This document shows, one piece after another, positions 61,039 through 64,000 of a DNA stretch of 64,000 bases. The notes beneath the pieces are model-generated. The model saw only the letters and a program-made list of their open reading frames with translations. It did not search any database and had not been told where the DNA came from. Source of the stretch: an uncultured Gemmatimonadales bacterium (lineage in GTDB: Bacteria; Gemmatimonadota; Gemmatimonadetes; Gemmatimonadales; GWC2-71-9); assembly GCA_963821525.1 (NCBI GenBank), contig CAWGED010000012.1:32001-96000 (forward strand), in the 5' to 3' direction. The translations under genes were made by a program, and so were the position numbers. Positions within the stretch are counted from its first letter, which is position 1; every line of letters starts with the position of its first letter.

Positions 61039-63691
61039 CCTCCACTACGGTGCTCATCCAGATATCCCCGCGGGATTCGATGGTGACGAGGGACAATGCG
61101 GCGCAAATCGTGCGAGACAGCGCCGACCTGAAGGCTGGATCCTGACGCGGGATCTTCCCCAGGCGTTCCACCCGCCCCGGGCCGCAAGCACATGATAAAC
61201 CGTCAATGGAGTGCTGGATTTCCAAAGTTGGACACCAAGCGATGGACCCATCCGGGAACCAGGTAGTGAGGGCACCCTCGCTAGAACCAGGTCGCCCACG
61301 GAGTGACCTTCCCGTCCGGAAAGAGAAAGCACGCTCAGCCGGACCGAATCGAAGGTGGTGGTGTTCCAGCCGGCGAACGCCAGCTCGGTTGCCCTTCCGG
61401 GCGCTGCGGATAGAGAACATTGGCCATGAGATACCAGTCGGGCACCGTGGAAGATTCGAGGCGCGCTATCGCCCTTAGCTGGACGTTGATGCTGCGGCCG
61501 TCAACCGGTAACCAGGCCCAGCCGTTCGTCGGAGAGAGGTGTCCCGCCCAAAATAGCCGAATCCGCCAGGGTGAACCGGTTCCGTCGCGCGCCGTCTGCG
61601 CAGGTCCATCAGGCGGAGCTGCACCACGCCCGACACCTTCTCACCAAACGACATCGTGACCGAATCCAGCCATCCCCAACCAAGGAGCGTGCCCGACACT
61701 TTGAGGGGCGTCTCGGGTCCACCACCGAACGGCATGACCGACAGAATGCCGCCTCCTGAAGTCTCGGAATCATCCCGTTTGATCACGACACGATTCCCGT
61801 CGGGGGAAAGTCCGAGGACAATTGGAACGGTGGACTGCAAGTAAGCGCCGGCTCTCAGGGAAAGACTCCCCGAAGCGCATCGCGGAGATCGAGGGTCCAT
61901 CCGGTGTACTCGGATGTTCCTTCGTCCAGGACGAGGGCGCCGCCATCCTCGGTGACTTCGAACTGAGTGAACCGGCCAGCGTAGACGGTATCCCAGCGTT
62001 GGGCGAAGCGGCCCGTTTTCGGGGTAAACGGGATGCGCACAATCAACTGACGCATATTGATCCCCGGTGGAGACTGCACCTGCCAAAGCGCATCGGCGCT
62101 GACCCGCGTTTCTTCACCAACGTCGTGTACTACCACGCGGTCACTGATTTGTCCTTGCCGGTCGATGCTGCGGAACTCGCTCCAATTGCCGTTCCATAAG
62201 GATACCAGCACCCAAGGCGAACCGGTCGCTCACTCCAGACACAAAGACGGCCTGCGACGCTCCGGCAACCTTGATGCTGTCATGCCACGTCCCATCCAGG
62301 CCCGCAACACCGATCCAGTGGACGCTGTCGGACTTGGGCACCGGAGTGAGCAGGACTGAATCGCCCCTCCCCAAGAAGGCTGCGTCCCCGGAGGTCACCA
62401 GGCGCGGGATACCGCCCAGGGCGGAGACCAGGTACCAGCCGTACCCTGCTGCCATTGTGCCCTGGAACAGAAGGTTTCGGCGGTCGGGACTCCAGATAAT
62501 TCCGTACAGTGCCGTGGCGCCCTCAACGATTCGCCGGGTCGCTGATCCCCCGACGTCCTTGAGTTCGATCGCATAATGACAACTGCTATCACACTGGCTG
62601 ATGGCGTAGGCGAGCTGCTTCCCGTCGGGAGAGATGGCGGGATAGCTCACCCGTCCCGTCGAAGTAAGCTGTACCCGGTCGCGGAGCGTGACCGAGGTCT
62701 GCGGCGTACGACGAGTCAAGAGGAGGAGTGCCACTACGACGAGGGTCGCAACCAGTCCCCCCACGAGCATGATCCGGGAAAGCGCCTTCGGTCTCGTTTC
62801 CTGGGTAACCTCGACCGGCCGGGTCTGGGTCGGCGTCATGCCACCGCTCGGTGTCGCCAGCGGCTCCAGTTGGGACAACAACTCTTCGGCAGTCTGCCAG
62901 CGGTCCGCGGGCCGCTTCTCGAGGCAGCGCATGATGATGGCACCCAGGATCGGCGGACATGCCGCCCGATGTGCGGTCACTGGTTCAGGTACCCGGGTCA
63001 CATGCGCGCCGAGAACCTCGGCTGGGCTTCCCCCGCTGAAAGGGGGATTCCCGGTGAGCAGCTCGTAGCCCATCGCCCCCACCGCGTAGATGTCCACCCG
63101 CTGATCGAGATGGGGATCGGCCGCGGCCTGCTCTGGTGCCATGTAAGCCGGAGTGCCCAGCGCGACGCCTGCCGTGGTGAGTTGGTTGCGACCTGTCGCC
63201 TCACTCACGGCCTTCGCCACCCCGAAGTCCGTCACCAGGGCGTGGCGCCCGCTCAGCATCACGTTGTCCGGCTTGATATCGCGATGCACCACGCCCATCG
63301 CGTGGGCGGCGGCCAGAGCGTCCACCACCTCACAGAGGATCTTCACCGCATCATGGATCGGCAGCTCCCCGACCTTGGCAAGCCGCTCCCGGAGCGACTC
63401 GCCGGCCACGTAGGGCATGACGTAGTAGTAGAAACCCTGGGTCTCGCCCGAGTCGAGTAGCGGGAGGATGTGAGGATGCTGGAGCTGGGCGGCGACTTCG
63501 ATTTCCCGGAAGAACCGGTCGCTGCCGAGGGTGGCCGCGATCTCCGGGCGCAAGACCTTCACCGCCACTTTGCGGTGGTGCTTGAGATCCTCGGCGAGAT
63601 AGACGGTAGCCATCCCCCCCTGACCGATTTCCCGGTCGATGCGGTAACGGTCGGCGAGTGCCGCCTTCAGGAGGTCGGCTGTACTGGGCAT
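61036..63691 (-). CDS. Hanks-type Ser/Thr kinase with TM and TolB/PD40-like propeller (several frameshifts in 3' half; end approximate)
   Basis: GQGGMATV, VAVK, HRDIKPDN, DFG, GTPAYMAPE; ISPDGK and WSPD repeats. Confidence 0.92.
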
Positions 63692-63740
63692 GGCTCCCGT
63701 CCGGTCAGATGGTCGGGCAGCCTCAATGCTATCACTGTTT

Positions 63741-63910
63741 GCCGTCAGCCGTCAGCCGTCAGCTCGCGTTAGCGGTTAGCGGTTAGCGGTTAGCGGTTAG
63801 CCAACTGCCATAAGCCATAAGCTGTAGGCCGAAAGCCATTAGCATGAGGAGGATGACGCAAGGTCCCTACCTGCTCCCCACCACCCACTACCCACTACCC
63901 ACTAGCCACT
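63741..63910. repeat. Compound heptamer tract (GCCGTCA)3,(AGCGGTT)4,(GCCATAA)-like x5 ... (CCACTAC)n
   Basis: Read directly at 63741-63843 and 63878-63910. Confidence 0.92.
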
Positions 63911-63949
63911 TACCTTCCCGCTGTCACTCCTCAACGAGCGAATTGCTGC

Positions 63950-64000
63950 ATGCGACACCGACTGTGCCGAACACTCCTGTGCCTGGCTGCTCTGGCCGGC
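63950..64000 (+). CDS. 5' end of a probable secreted protein (partial)
   Basis: MRHRLCRTLLCLAALAG, signal-peptide-like. Confidence 0.4.
   Translation, partial: MRHRLCRTLLCLAALAG

Overview
GC-rich bacterial chromosomal segment, inferred to be Gemmatimonadota (Gemmatimonadales-like) from the style of the Ser/Thr kinase, the signal peptides and the gene content. It is mostly housekeeping genes: GT9, a DnaB C-terminal-domain paralog, yebC-ruvCAB-queA-tgt-yajC-def-fmt-thiE/S/G-rsmB-PASTA-rpe-tlpA-cdaR-tsaD-lgt, an IS200-type tnpA, a cytochrome c/FTR1 iron permease, acpS, tamAB, dacB, sixA, fpr, pduO-type ATR, aroB, a sigma-70, glcDEF, ygfZ, a MoxR/ChlI-like ATPase plus VWA partner, peptidases, a heme-c/copper monooxygenase and a Ser/Thr kinase. 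About 18 genes carry apparent 1-bp frameshifts, most likely long-read consensus errors, so fusions and splits must be read cautiously. The main unexplained structure is non-coding: about 17 gene boundaries carry tandem 7-mer tracts (one 8-mer) of about 10 different unit sequences. They all follow one polarity rule: they read outward from the neighbouring gene and meet head-to-head in the spacer, like fused telomere tracts. They can be phased as AG-N5, often supply stop codons, and the two arms of a spacer can belong to different families. Also seen: an orphan integron cassette with an attC site, REP-like inverted repeats around the tnpA, three small proteins missing from the ORF track (two Zn-finger-like, one coupled to ruvB), a candidate Fur box, a DnaA-box-like cluster and a recurrent leaderless-promoter signature. 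No rRNA, tRNA or CRISPR array was recognised.
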